This document shows positions 26,689 through 36,012 of a stretch of DNA of 64,000 nt, one piece after another; position 1 is the first letter of the stretch, and each line of letters begins with the position of its first letter. Origin of the DNA: a virus. The DNA lies in IMG/VR virus record IMGVR_UViG_3300032805_000001, positions 32,001 to 96,000 of that record; one strand, written 5' to 3'. The notes under the pieces are model-generated. The model worked only from the letters and a program-made list of their open reading frames with translations. It ran no database searches and was not told the origin of the DNA. The translations under genes and the position numbers were made by a program.

Positions 26689-27926
26689 ACGTCGGCTGGA
26701 TTGGCCTGGGCCGTCTCGGGCTGCCGTGCGCGCTGGTCCTCGACGCCGCCGGGCACACCGTCACCGGCTACGACCTGTCCCCGGTACCAGCAGAAATCCT
26801 CACCGGCAAGTGTCCCCCGATGCAGGAAGAACACATCACCGGCCTGCTGGCCTCCTCGTCGCTGAAACTGCTCAGCTCACCCCGTGACGTGGCAGCCACC
26901 TCCGATGTTGTGTTCGTCGCCGTGCAAACCCCTCACGCGCCCGCCTACGGGGGAGAAGTACCCGCACCGGAGGACCGGCGGGACTTCGAGTACGCCTACC
27001 TTGTGCAGGCGTGCCGGGACGTGTGCGCCGCCGCAGCGGCCATGGCGAAACCTGTCACTCTCGTCGTCGTGTCCACGGTCCTGCCCGGCACCGTGAACCG
27101 GCTCATCCGCCCCCTCCTCAACCCGCATGTGCGGCTCATCTACTCCCCGGCGTTCATCGCGATGGGCACCACCATCAGCGACTACCGCAACCCCGAGTTC
27201 GTCACCTGCGGCGTTGACCGGGACGAGGACGCGGAACCGCTACGGGACGTGTTCGGGGCCGTGCACACCCGGCCCCTGTTCGTCACCAGCATCGAAACCG
27301 CCGAACTGATCAAGGTCTTTTACAACTGTTTCATCAGCACCAAAATCGTCCTCGGTAACACGCTGATGGAGATCGCGCATAAGACCGGCGCGGACTGTGA
27401 CGCGGTAATTGACGCCCTGACGCTGGCAACCGACCGGATCATCTCCCCGAAGTACCTGCGCGGCGGCATGGGAGACGGCGGCGGCTGCCACCCCCGCGAC
27501 AACATCGCCATGTCCTGGCTCGCGGAACGCCTCGACCTGTCCTACGACCTGATGGGAGAAGTCACCAGGGCCCGGGAAGCGCAAACCTGGTGGCTCGCCG
27601 ACCTCGCCCGCTCCTACGCCGACCAATCCGGCCTGCCGATCACAATCCTCGGGAAAGCCTACAAACCCGGCTCGGACCTCACCGCAGGCTCACCGGCGCT
27701 GCTGCTCGCCCACCAGTTGCGGGACAGGGAACCAGCCCACTGGGATCCCCACGTGGAACCACGATCAGCCTCACCGCTGCAACGCCCGGCCGTGTTCGTA
27801 GTCGCCACCCGGCACCCCGCCTTCAGCAAGGCCTGCTACCCGGAAGGGTCGATCGTCGTGGACCCGTTCGGGTACGTCCCCGACCATTCACACATCACCG
27901 TCATCAGGGTGGGCCGCAAATCATGA
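26685..27926 (+). CDS. ugd: UDP-glucose/GDP-mannose dehydrogenase family protein
   Basis: GLGRLG, VAVQTP, STVLPG, AELIK, GGGCHPRD (catalytic Cys), GKAYKP. Confidence 0.92.
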   Translation: MNVGWIGLGRLGLPCALVLDAAGHTVTGYDLSPVPAEILTGKCPPMQEEHITGLLASSSLKLLSSPRDVAATSDVVFVAVQTPHAPAYGGEVPAPEDRRDFEYAYLVQACRDVCAAAAAMAKPVTLVVVSTVLPGTVNRLIRPLLNPHVRLIYSPAFIAMGTTISDYRNPEFVTCGVDRDEDAEPLRDVFGAVHTRPLFVTSIETAELIKVFYNCFISTKIVLGNTLMEIAHKTGADCDAVIDALTLATDRIISPKYLRGGMGDGGGCHPRDNIAMSWLAERLDLSYDLMGEVTRAREAQTWWLADLARSYADQSGLPITILGKAYKPGSDLTAGSPALLLAHQLRDREPAHWDPHVEPRSASPLQRPAVFVVATRHPAFSKACYPEGSIVVDPFGYVPDHSHITVIRVGRKS

Positions 27927-28375
27927 GGAAGCTCAACCTGGGCTGCGGCACCCGTCCCCTGCCGTGGCATGTGAACGTCGACATCGTGCAGATGACCGGC
28001 GTCAACGTCGTCTGGGACCTCGACGTAACCCCGTGGGAGCCGTTCAAAGACGAAGAGGCCGACGAGATCGCCGGCTACGACATCTTCGAGCACGTCAACG
28101 ACCCGATCGGGTTCATGTGCGAGTGCGCCCGGATCCTGAAACCCGGCGGCATCCTCAACTTGCACACCAACTACTGGCAGTCCCAGAACGCCTACACCGA
28201 CCCGACCCACAAACGGTTCTGCACTGAGCGGACGTTCGAGTACTGGGTGAAAGGCACCGAGTTCAACGACCGGTACGGCCCCGCCTACGCACGCAACGGG
28301 ATCGTGTTCGAGTACGTATCCGGCTTCCCCTGCCTGGAGGGCACCGAGCTGGCCGTGAAGATGCGGCGGATCTGA
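27923..28375 (+). CDS. SAM-dependent methyltransferase (type 11-like)
   Basis: LNLGCG, IFEHV, RILKPGG, DPTH. Confidence 0.85.
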   Translation: MRKLNLGCGTRPLPWHVNVDIVQMTGVNVVWDLDVTPWEPFKDEEADEIAGYDIFEHVNDPIGFMCECARILKPGGILNLHTNYWQSQNAYTDPTHKRFCTERTFEYWVKGTEFNDRYGPAYARNGIVFEYVSGFPCLEGTELAVKMRRI

Positions 28376-28584
28376 TGGGCGGCTACAAGCTACTGCTGGT
28401 GCCAGTTGACGAGATAGACCCGTCATGGCCTGGATCGCCGCTAGAGGCCTTGGTGAGGGCCGAGCGCGGCGTTAGCCCGCTCAGGGCTGGCCCGTTCGAG
28501 GTGATCGCGGACGTGGGCGAGGACAAGCGCATCAGGATGTCCCGCGCGCTCTACGACGAGATTGAGGTAGTGGACCCCCAGTGA
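28375..28584 (+). CDS. Small hypothetical protein
   Basis: Coupled at both ends (TGATG, GTGA). Confidence 0.55.
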   Translation: MGGYKLLLVPVDEIDPSWPGSPLEALVRAERGVSPLRAGPFEVIADVGEDKRIRMSRALYDEIEVVDPQ

Positions 28585-29375
28585 ACCTCTCCCGTACCGC
28601 CATCATGATGACAGGCTGGCGCCGCCCCCAGTACCTGCGCCGCACCCTCGCCTCCTGGGCACGCGTCGACGGCGTGCACGACGTGGCCGCGTTCACCATC
28701 TGCCTCGACCCGTCCGACCGCACCACCGCCATGCTCCAGGTCGTCCACGAAGCACAAGACGCCGGGATGCCCGTCACCGCCCACGTCAACCCGGTCCACC
28801 TCGGCGTGTCCATCAACCCCGTCGAATCCGGCACCGCAATCCTCAAAGAATACGAGGACGTGGACTACCTCGTCCTCGCCGAAGAAGACCTTGTGGTCGC
28901 CGACGACGTGCTCCGCTACCTCACCTGGGCCGATGAGACGTTCCGGGGCAACCCGGAGGTGCTCATCGCCTGCGCGCACTCACCGGACAACCCCACTGCA
29001 GACGCCGACCCGGCCGCGGTCGTACTCCAGCGCCGGTTCCGGTGCTGGATCTGGGGAACCTGGCGGGACCGCTGGTTCGGCACGCTCGAACCGACATGGG
29101 ATCGGGCGTACTACACGGGAAACCAGGAAACAGGACAGCAAGCCGGGTTCGACTGGCACCTCGACCTGCGGGTCATCCGCGGCAAAGACCCGCACACCAA
29201 AGGCCGGCAGTACCTGTGCGCCCTGCCGCTCGCATCCCGCAGCCAGAATATCGGCCGGTTCGAGGGCGTGCACGCCGACCCGACCGCCTTTCCCGCAACG
29301 CTCAACCCGTCGTTCCGGGAAACGTTCGGCGAAGTGGAGTACAAGGTTCGGTTCGGCCTGCAGGCGCCAGCCTGA
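28581..29375 (+). CDS. GT-A fold glycosyltransferase (GT13/GnT-I-like)
   Basis: RRPQYLRRTL, AEEDLVVADD, WIWGTW, FDW, SRSQNIG. Confidence 0.8.
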   Translation: MNLSRTAIMMTGWRRPQYLRRTLASWARVDGVHDVAAFTICLDPSDRTTAMLQVVHEAQDAGMPVTAHVNPVHLGVSINPVESGTAILKEYEDVDYLVLAEEDLVVADDVLRYLTWADETFRGNPEVLIACAHSPDNPTADADPAAVVLQRRFRCWIWGTWRDRWFGTLEPTWDRAYYTGNQETGQQAGFDWHLDLRVIRGKDPHTKGRQYLCALPLASRSQNIGRFEGVHADPTAFPATLNPSFRETFGEVEYKVRFGLQAPA

Positions 29376-29395
29376 TCACCGGGAAGAACGGGCCG

Positions 29396-30613
29396 TTACA
29401 TCTCCTCGAGCTCTTTGAGTACCGGGACCAGGTGGTTGGCGAGCACAAGATCCGCGTCGTACGACTCAGCGAACGTCCGGGCCCGCTTCCGCCGCATCAC
29501 CGCCGCCTCAGTGCCCTTCTCCTGGTAGGCCTCCTCGTACGCCGCGGCGATCTCACCGGCGTACGGGGCCTTCCACCAGGCGTTGTGCCCGGTGATGTGA
29601 CCGAGCTGGCCGTTCCAGTACGGCTCACCGTCCACCAGCCACCCGGCCCCGCACAGTTCCGTCATCGCCGAATGATCAGTGACAACCGCCGGCGTGCCAC
29701 CCGCGGCAGCCTCAACGATCGGCAACCCGAACCCTTCACCATGCGAAGCGTTCGACAGCAGGTCAAGGACCCCGTACCAGGCAGCGAGATTCACCGGCTT
29801 GATCGCCCCGGTCACATACGTGTACCAGTCGCTGAACCGCACATGCTGATCCAGGTCCAGCGCCGACACGATGGCCTGCAAGTCCAGGGCACCCGGGGAG
29901 CGGGGGAGCGCGTGAATCAGCAGCAGCGCGTCATCATGCCGTTTACGGAACTCCGCGAACGCCCGCAACTGCGCCGGGTACGACTTGCGGATCGTGTCCT
30001 TGTTCGCCCCGTTGATCCCGATCAGGAATGCGTCCTCGGGCAAGCCGAGCTCGCGGCGGTTCTGCGCCGGGTCCGCGAGCGGCCGGTACACCTTCTGCGT
30101 CTCGATCCCGTGCGGGACATACAGCGGGGAGAACCCCGCCTTCCGCAGCTCCTGCTCGCCGTACCGGGACATCGCGATCGGCACTGCCCCGGACCGCTGC
30201 AAAGCCTGCCGGTCCATGATCCCCATCGGCTGGCAGTCGACCGGCATCCAGTTGGCCACCTTCAGGCCCTGCAACTGGCCCGGGTCGAGCACCCACTGAT
30301 CCATCAAGGTGATCACAAAGTCCGCGTTGGTGCGGAGAGCATGCTCGCGGAGGATGTCGTTGCCGTACGGGTCGACCGCGCCGGGCAGGACTGGGACACC
30401 GCCCCAGTCGATCGACATGCCCTGGATGCCGTAGTAGGCGGAAACGATCATCTCGTGGCCGAGAGCTTGCAGGCGGGGAATCCAGACCTGAGTCTGCTGC
30501 CCGTACCCAGTTATCGTGGGGCCGTTGGAGTGCCAGAGGATGCGGGCTACCGGAACCACCCCCGCGGGGTGGTCGTGATCGTCATGAGGTAAGGGTAACG
30601 GGAACTGCCGCAT
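29396..30613 (-). CDS. GT4-family glycosyltransferase
   Basis: TGYGQQ, VPHG, RK, GEGFGLPIVEAAAGG; start position uncertain. Confidence 0.9.
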   Translation of the reverse strand: MRQFPLPLPHDDHDHPAGVVPVARILWHSNGPTITGYGQQTQVWIPRLQALGHEMIVSAYYGIQGMSIDWGGVPVLPGAVDPYGNDILREHALRTNADFVITLMDQWVLDPGQLQGLKVANWMPVDCQPMGIMDRQALQRSGAVPIAMSRYGEQELRKAGFSPLYVPHGIETQKVYRPLADPAQNRRELGLPEDAFLIGINGANKDTIRKSYPAQLRAFAEFRKRHDDALLLIHALPRSPGALDLQAIVSALDLDQHVRFSDWYTYVTGAIKPVNLAAWYGVLDLLSNASHGEGFGLPIVEAAAGGTPAVVTDHSAMTELCGAGWLVDGEPYWNGQLGHITGHNAWWKAPYAGEIAAAYEEAYQEKGTEAAVMRRKRARTFAESYDADLVLANHLVPVLKELEEM

Positions 30614-30727
30614 GTAGCACATGGTGGATATGGGGTTCCTTGCATGCTTCTGGGCTACTCCCCCGCTCTGAAATTTTAGAGCGCGAGAAGACGGCTTCTC
30701 ACGAATTGATCATGTATCATGGGGGAC

Positions 30728-31783
30728 ATGACCATAACCCCGATCGAGCGGATCATCCTCCCGCCCGGCGACGGCCGGCCCGACTGGCTCCCCGTCGCCG
30801 TCAGCGGCACACCCGCCCCGCCACCCGGCATCGACCCGCACGCCGCCTACATCGCCCGGCTCAAGAGCCCGCAATCCAAGCGCGTCATGAACGGCTGCCT
30901 GAACAACCTCGCCCGCATGATCGCCAGCGACGCCCTCGGCGCCGAACCCGAACTTGACGACAACCCCGGCAAGGCCTTCCCGTGGTGGCTGCTCCGCTAC
31001 CAGCACACCTCCCGCCTCACAGCCCTCCTCGACAGCCACCAGCCGCCCTACGCAGCGTCCTACATCAACAAGCACCTCGCGGCGCTGCGCGGCATCCTTG
31101 AGGAATGCTGGAAACTTGAGCTGATGAGCGGCGACGACTACACCCGCGCCAGGCGCATCGAGGACGTCAAGTTTCACCGCGAGCCCGCCGGCCGGCTCAT
31201 CCACGACGACGACATGGCCAGGCTGCTCGCCGTCTGCTCGGACGGCATCATCGGAATCCGGGACACCGCGCTGCTCGCCACGCTGTACTGCACCGGTATC
31301 CGCTGCGAAGAAGCCGCCACCGCGCTCATCGAGCACTACGACGGCCGCGAGCGGACCCTGCGTGTCCTCGGCAAGGGAAACAAGGAACGCACTGTCCCCA
31401 TCCACCCGGCCGGGATCCCCCACCTTGAAACGTGGCTCGCCCTGCTCGGCGACCAGCGCGGGCCGCTGTTCCGCACCGTCGACAAGCACAACCGGATCGG
31501 CGGCGCGGTCAGCCCTGGTGCCATCCAGCGGCGGATCAGCCAGCGTTACCAGCAGGCCGGCATACGCAGGCTCACGGCACACGACTTCCGCCGGACGTTC
31601 CTCAGCGAGTTCCTCGATTCTGGTGCCGACGCGATGCAGGCACGAAAGGTCGCCGGGCACGCGAGCGTCGCCACGACCCAGCTTTACGACCTTCGCGAGG
31701 ACCGCGGCATCCGCGAAGCCGTGAGCCGGATGAAGATCGCCCTCCCTGCCCCGCCGTCAGTGGATGCCGTCTCTCCTTCCTGA
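30728..31783 (+). CDS. Tyrosine recombinase
   Basis: RD...GIR, GKGNKER, HDFRR, GH, catalytic Y; TATCAT 7 nt upstream of ATG 30728. Confidence 0.92.
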   Translation: MTITPIERIILPPGDGRPDWLPVAVSGTPAPPPGIDPHAAYIARLKSPQSKRVMNGCLNNLARMIASDALGAEPELDDNPGKAFPWWLLRYQHTSRLTALLDSHQPPYAASYINKHLAALRGILEECWKLELMSGDDYTRARRIEDVKFHREPAGRLIHDDDMARLLAVCSDGIIGIRDTALLATLYCTGIRCEEAATALIEHYDGRERTLRVLGKGNKERTVPIHPAGIPHLETWLALLGDQRGPLFRTVDKHNRIGGAVSPGAIQRRISQRYQQAGIRRLTAHDFRRTFLSEFLDSGADAMQARKVAGHASVATTQLYDLREDRGIREAVSRMKIALPAPPSVDAVSPS

Positions 31784-31794
31784 CCTCTCCCCCC

Positions 31795-31829
31795 GAAAGC
31801 CCCCCGGCCTCCTCCGGGGGGCTTTCCTT
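31795..31829 (+). terminator. Terminator hairpin
   Basis: GAAAGCCCCCCGG-cctcct-CCGGGGGGCTTTC. Confidence 0.75.
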
Positions 31830-31844
31830 ATACCTGGAGGCAGC

Positions 31845-32810
31845 GTGACCGTTCCCGCCCGTGTCCCCGGTTTGCGTGGCCGTCTCCCGGTCAAGCCGCC
31901 GGGTGAAAGGTTTGCTCTCCGGTTTGTCCACGAGTACGTCGTCGAGCCGCTTCCGGCACCGTCGTACCCGGTCGACGTGACCGGCGGGATCGGCGACCAG
32001 GACTGGTTCATGCTAGGCAATGGCCCTGACCCAACCTGTACTACTCATCCCAACGGGGTGGGTGACTGCGGGTTCGCCGGCCGGCAGCACCTTCGCATGG
32101 CGAAGGCCGCGAACTACGGGCAGATGGAAACGTGGGAGACCAGCGACGAACTCGTCGCTGAGTACCTTGCGTACGACGGCGGCCAGGATGCCGGCGTGAA
32201 CCTCGCTGACGTGCTTCTGGCGTGGTACAAGGCGGGGAGGATTTTCGGGTTCGCCCCGGTCGATCACACTGATCCGGCTGCGGTCGATTCGGCTATGGAG
32301 GCGTTCAATGGTGCCTACGCCGGTGTGAATCTGACCGATGATGCCAATGACTTGTTCAGCCAGGGTCAGCCGTGGACTGTCGCTGATGGTGAGCAGCCCG
32401 ATCCTGACCAGGGTCATTGCATTGTGAAGGTGAAGGCGGACGGGCGGAGTGTCGACGGGTATGTGACGTGGGGGGCGCTGCAGCCGGCGATGGTGGATTG
32501 GAGTGCGGCTTGCCTGGAGGAAGTGTGGGCGGTGATTACTACTGAGGATGAGGCGGCGAAGGTTGACATGGCTGCGCTGGTGGCTGATATCGAGGCCTTG
32601 GGCGGTACGGTTCCCACGCCTGCGCCGGTTCCTCCCGCCCCATCTCCTCCAGCGCCGCCCGCCCCGCCGGTGCCGCCCGCACCGGTGCCACCCGCACCGC
32701 AGCCCGCGAACCTGCTCGAGGAACTCGCCGCCCGGATCCGCATGGTGGCCGCCTCCGCGCAGCAGGACATCACCGAACTGCTCGCGTTCCTCGCCTCACA
32801 TGGCTTGTAA
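31845..32810 (+). CDS. Papain-like cysteine peptidase with Pro-rich linker (possible second lysin)
   Basis: MLGN...GDC, GHC, VTWG; GGAGG RBS. Confidence 0.6.
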   Translation: MTVPARVPGLRGRLPVKPPGERFALRFVHEYVVEPLPAPSYPVDVTGGIGDQDWFMLGNGPDPTCTTHPNGVGDCGFAGRQHLRMAKAANYGQMETWETSDELVAEYLAYDGGQDAGVNLADVLLAWYKAGRIFGFAPVDHTDPAAVDSAMEAFNGAYAGVNLTDDANDLFSQGQPWTVADGEQPDPDQGHCIVKVKADGRSVDGYVTWGALQPAMVDWSAACLEEVWAVITTEDEAAKVDMAALVADIEALGGTVPTPAPVPPAPSPPAPPAPPVPPAPVPPAPQPANLLEELAARIRMVAASAQQDITELLAFLASHGL

Positions 32811-33097
32811 CCGCCTGCTTTTCGTGTAGCCTTTTCGCTGGGTTCTGATTCTGGCACCTCCAGCCGGCCCCGGCTGAGCAACGTGATCCGGCCCCACTGA
32901 GGCGATCACGGACCCGTCCTGGCAAGTCGTTCTGGCCCCGCCTGAGCGCCCCGATCGCAGCAACTTCTCCTGGCTCCACCGGGGCGAAACATAACGGGTA
33001 GTACGCAAAACATACCAGTGGTTATCACGGGCAGTAGTGGACACGGAAGGGGCTGTAGTGAGACGCTTCATCGGTCGGTCGTGTCAGGAGGCCGCTG

Positions 33098-33625
33098 ATG
33101 TTGACGCGCATACAGCTGTTCGAGAAGATCCGCAGGGACCGGCGCCTGGAGCCGGACGTGTCGCAGCGAGAGCTGTCGCGGCGGTATAACGTGCACCGCA
33201 GGACGGTGCGGGCGGCGCTGGAGTCAGCGATCCCGCCTCCTCGCAAGAAACCCGCCCGAGGCCGGCTCTCCGTCATAGGCCCCGCCGCGGTGTGGATCGA
33301 CGCGATGCTGCGGGAAGACCTCACGGCCCCGCGCAAGCAGCGTCACACGATCCAGCGCATCCACGACCGGCTGCGGATCGAGCGGAGCCTTGACAGCGGC
33401 GACCACTCGGCGCCGTTCCCCGTCGAACTGCCCATGCGCTGCATCGGGGCCGGGTGCAAGCCGGCCGGCGTCGTGCTGGATATGTTCGCGGGGACCGGGA
33501 CGACGTGCGAGGCGGCACGCAAGCTCGGACGGAAGGCCATCGGCATCGACCTGAATCCGGCCTCGCTGGACTTGGCCATACGACACCGGCTGAGCCAAGG
33601 GGACTTGTTCGGTGATGCGGCGTGA
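33098..33625 (+). pseudogene. istA: Chimera: IstA N-terminal HTH region fused to the C-terminal half of an N4/N6 DNA methyltransferase
   Basis: SQRELSRRYNVHRRTVRAAL...PRKQRHTIQRIHDRL, then HSAPFPVEL...VLDMFAGTGTT...GIDLN. Confidence 0.8.
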
Positions 33626-34044
33626 CCTGCGTAGAGATAGCGGCGTTCCTGGCCGCCCGGCTGGGCGAGGACGAGGCGACGGCGAAGGCGGCCACGGCCG
33701 GCCCGTGGGAATTCGAGGGCGACGATCCGACCGATGACGAGCTCTACTCCATCCATGACGGCATCGTTGACCTCACGGGCGTGACCGTGGCGTTCACCAG
33801 GGACCGGCAGGTGGCCAACGGTCGCCACATGGCCCGCCACGACCCCACCCGGACGATCCGCGAGGTCGAGGCCAGCCGGGCGCTCATCGAGCGATATAAG
33901 CGCGCCTGCGCCGTGCGAGAGTCGGTCGTGAGCTTCACCGCCGGCCAGGACGACGGTTACCGGCAGGCATGCCTTGATGCGATCCGCGACCTCGCCGCCA
34001 TTCATAGCGACCATCCCGACTACCAGCAGGAATGGAAGCCGTGA
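33622..34044 (+). CDS. DUF6221-like phage protein
   Basis: FLAARLGEDE...HMARHDPTRTIREVEA...HPDYQQEW. Confidence 0.75.
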   Translation: MTCVEIAAFLAARLGEDEATAKAATAGPWEFEGDDPTDDELYSIHDGIVDLTGVTVAFTRDRQVANGRHMARHDPTRTIREVEASRALIERYKRACAVRESVVSFTAGQDDGYRQACLDAIRDLAAIHSDHPDYQQEWKP

Positions 34045-34409
34045 ACGACCTGCTTGCGTTCGTGAGCGCCCGCCTCGACGAGGACGAGCAGGAGGCGAAG
34101 TACGCCCTGGAGCGCCTGTCCGAGTGCGCGGGAATCCAGGTCTCCGACCCTGAAGACGGCGGCAACATCGGGCACATGGTCGCCTACTCGTTCCACGCCC
34201 GCCGCCACGACCCCGCCCGCGCACTCCGCGAGGTCGAAGCTAAGCGCGGCATCATCCGCGAGCATGAGAGCAGGGACGGTCGCTGCCGCGTCTGCACGGC
34301 TATCCACGACGGGCGCGCTACCCGGTTCCGCGCGCCGTGCCCGACTCTGCTCTCCCTCGCTGCCGTCTTTAGCAGCCACCCCGCCTACCAGCAGGAATGG
34401 GAGCTATGA
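34041..34409 (+). CDS. DUF6221-like phage protein (paralog)
   Basis: FVSARLDEDE...RHDPARALREVEAKR...PCPTL...HPAYQQEW. Confidence 0.75.
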   Translation: MNDLLAFVSARLDEDEQEAKYALERLSECAGIQVSDPEDGGNIGHMVAYSFHARRHDPARALREVEAKRGIIREHESRDGRCRVCTAIHDGRATRFRAPCPTLLSLAAVFSSHPAYQQEWEL

Positions 34410-34552
34410 ACACGCAATCAGGATCGGTGAGCGAAGCCGAGGCCATGGACGAAGCGCTCGCCACCGCGGCCGTGCTCGGTGCAGCCCTCGCACGCTTCGA
34501 GAATGCGGTCGACCGCCTGAAAGAGGCGCAAGCCGGGAAGATAAGCGTATGA
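34406..34552 (+). CDS. Small hypothetical protein (48 aa)
   Basis: ATGA coupling at both ends. Confidence 0.5.
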   Translation: MNTQSGSVSEAEAMDEALATAAVLGAALARFENAVDRLKEAQAGKISV

Positions 34553-34800
34553 CGGAAAGCACCGATAACCGCATAGCCAAGGCCCTCAGCATCGCTCCGG
34601 ACGGCATGCATGACGGCGCGCACCACAAGGACTGGGTGATCGACCAGATCGTCCGCGCCCTCACCGGCTGCCCCGTGGTCACCAAAACCGCGACGGACTA
34701 CCGGGGCCAGGAATACGACTACGAAGCACAGGGAGAGTCGACGCAGTACAAGGCTTTCGTCGCAGCGAACGACGGCTGGAGTGAAGGGGTGGCGCCATGA
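34549..34800 (+). CDS. Hypothetical phage protein
   Basis: DGAHHKDWVIDQIVRALTG...WSEGVAP. Confidence 0.7.
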   Translation: MTESTDNRIAKALSIAPDGMHDGAHHKDWVIDQIVRALTGCPVVTKTATDYRGQEYDYEAQGESTQYKAFVAANDGWSEGVAP

Positions 34801-34828
34801 CCGAAGAGGAAAAAGGCCGGGAAACCCG

Positions 34829-34996
34829 CTATCCCCCCGTGATCTCCAGGTCAGCCACCAGCTTGGCGAACTCGGCGTCAGAGGTCTCGTATTCGCTCTT
34901 GCTGGCCAGGAACTCGCCGTCACACATCAGCCGTACCTCGTTGGCGTACTGGATGAAGGCGTCCAGCGCCTCTTTGCTGACAACGACACGGGACAT
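34829..34996 (-). CDS. Small hypothetical protein (55 aa)
   Basis: Natural helical composition, GC3-rich codons. Confidence 0.45.
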   Translation of the reverse strand: MSRVVVSKEALDAFIQYANEVRLMCDGEFLASKSEYETSDAEFAKLVADLEITGG

Positions 34997-35212
34997 GTCC
35001 GTAATTCTTCGCCCTGTCTTCACCCGCTGGCCGGGAGTACGTCTCACGCTAGCAACGTGCTCCGTCGCGCCGCAGAGGCTTAACGCCGCAACCAGGCGGC
35101 CTGACTTCACCTCTGCGGCGCGACGATCAGGGGCGCATCCCGTGAGGGTTCCCGCAGTTCGCGCGGGGTGGTGCGCCCCAGCCACCGCAAGCCACCCTAG
35201 CAGCAGGACGCG

Positions 35213-35494
35213 ATGATCGACATCAGAAGCACAGGCCTCCAGTTCCGCGGCGTCCCGGTCACTCTTATGAGCGAGGGCGTGGAGGCGCTGTTCCGCCGTT
35301 GCGGCGAGAATGTGGGAACCGGCGTTGGCATGATCCTGCAGACCGCCACGGATCTCGTTGAGCCGCTTGGCTGCATACTCCAATCCGATGCTGTCGGCGG
35401 CGTGACGGTCCTGGTCGAGCGGTTCGATTGCACATACGACTTCGGCCGTCACGAGGGCGGACGCTGGTCCGTCTTCCTGCCGAGCGAACGATAG
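35213..35494 (+). CDS. Hypothetical protein
   Basis: AGGA RBS, 93 aa. Confidence 0.45.
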   Translation: MIDIRSTGLQFRGVPVTLMSEGVEALFRRCGENVGTGVGMILQTATDLVEPLGCILQSDAVGGVTVLVERFDCTYDFGRHEGGRWSVFLPSER

Positions 35495-35685
35495 TGGGGA
35501 ACCGGAGTGCGGAGATTACACTCGCTGAGCGGCTGCGCCTGTTCTGGTGGAACTGGGTGCGCCGGCCGCTCATCAATGCCCTGTGGCGGCTGCGGAGACG
35601 GCGGTGATCCCGCAGGAGGCATTTGGGGAGGGCCGCACTGACCCGCCCTGTCAGGGGGCAGGCCGGTCGCACTCATCCACCAAGC

Positions 35686-36012
35686 TTAACGGCGATTTTC
35701 CTCGCTGCGCGTTTCAAGTTCACCAGCGAGGAGCGCTGCCGCCTCGGCTTTCGTCGGGGCAGCCACTTTGATGCCTGTCGGCTGGTGGAGGAGACGCACG
35801 GTCGCACCAGGACCACGGAAGACCTCAATGCGGCAGTCCTGCAGGAAGGCGGGTTCGAGGTTGAGGTGGAGCAGGATGCGCTTCACGTCAGCTTCCAATC
35901 CGGTAAGGCGCTGTTCTAGCCGTTCGCCGCGTGACTTGTCCTGCGCGTCGGCCATCGCGGCGTAGCTTCCCTTGCCGTGAACGCGGTCCCAGTCATCGAT
36001 GTCAGCACCCAT
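35686..36012 (-). CDS. Hypothetical protein with release-factor-like segment lacking GGQ
   Basis: CRIEVFRGPG-ATVRLLHQPTGIKV; TAAGGT 7 nt upstream of ATG. Confidence 0.55.
   Translation of the reverse strand: MGADIDDWDRVHGKGSYAAMADAQDKSRGERLEQRLTGLEADVKRILLHLNLEPAFLQDCRIEVFRGPGATVRLLHQPTGIKVAAPTKAEAAALLAGELETRSEENRR

Noticed and set aside
32854-32979. Mini-CRISPR from the 20-bp repeats
   Set aside because: Irregular spacing, degenerate copies and an inverted set 3.2 kb away fit transposase-binding sites.
33400-33625. Functional restriction-modification methyltransferase
   Set aside because: Only the SAM-binding half is present; catalytic motif IV and a cognate nuclease are absent.
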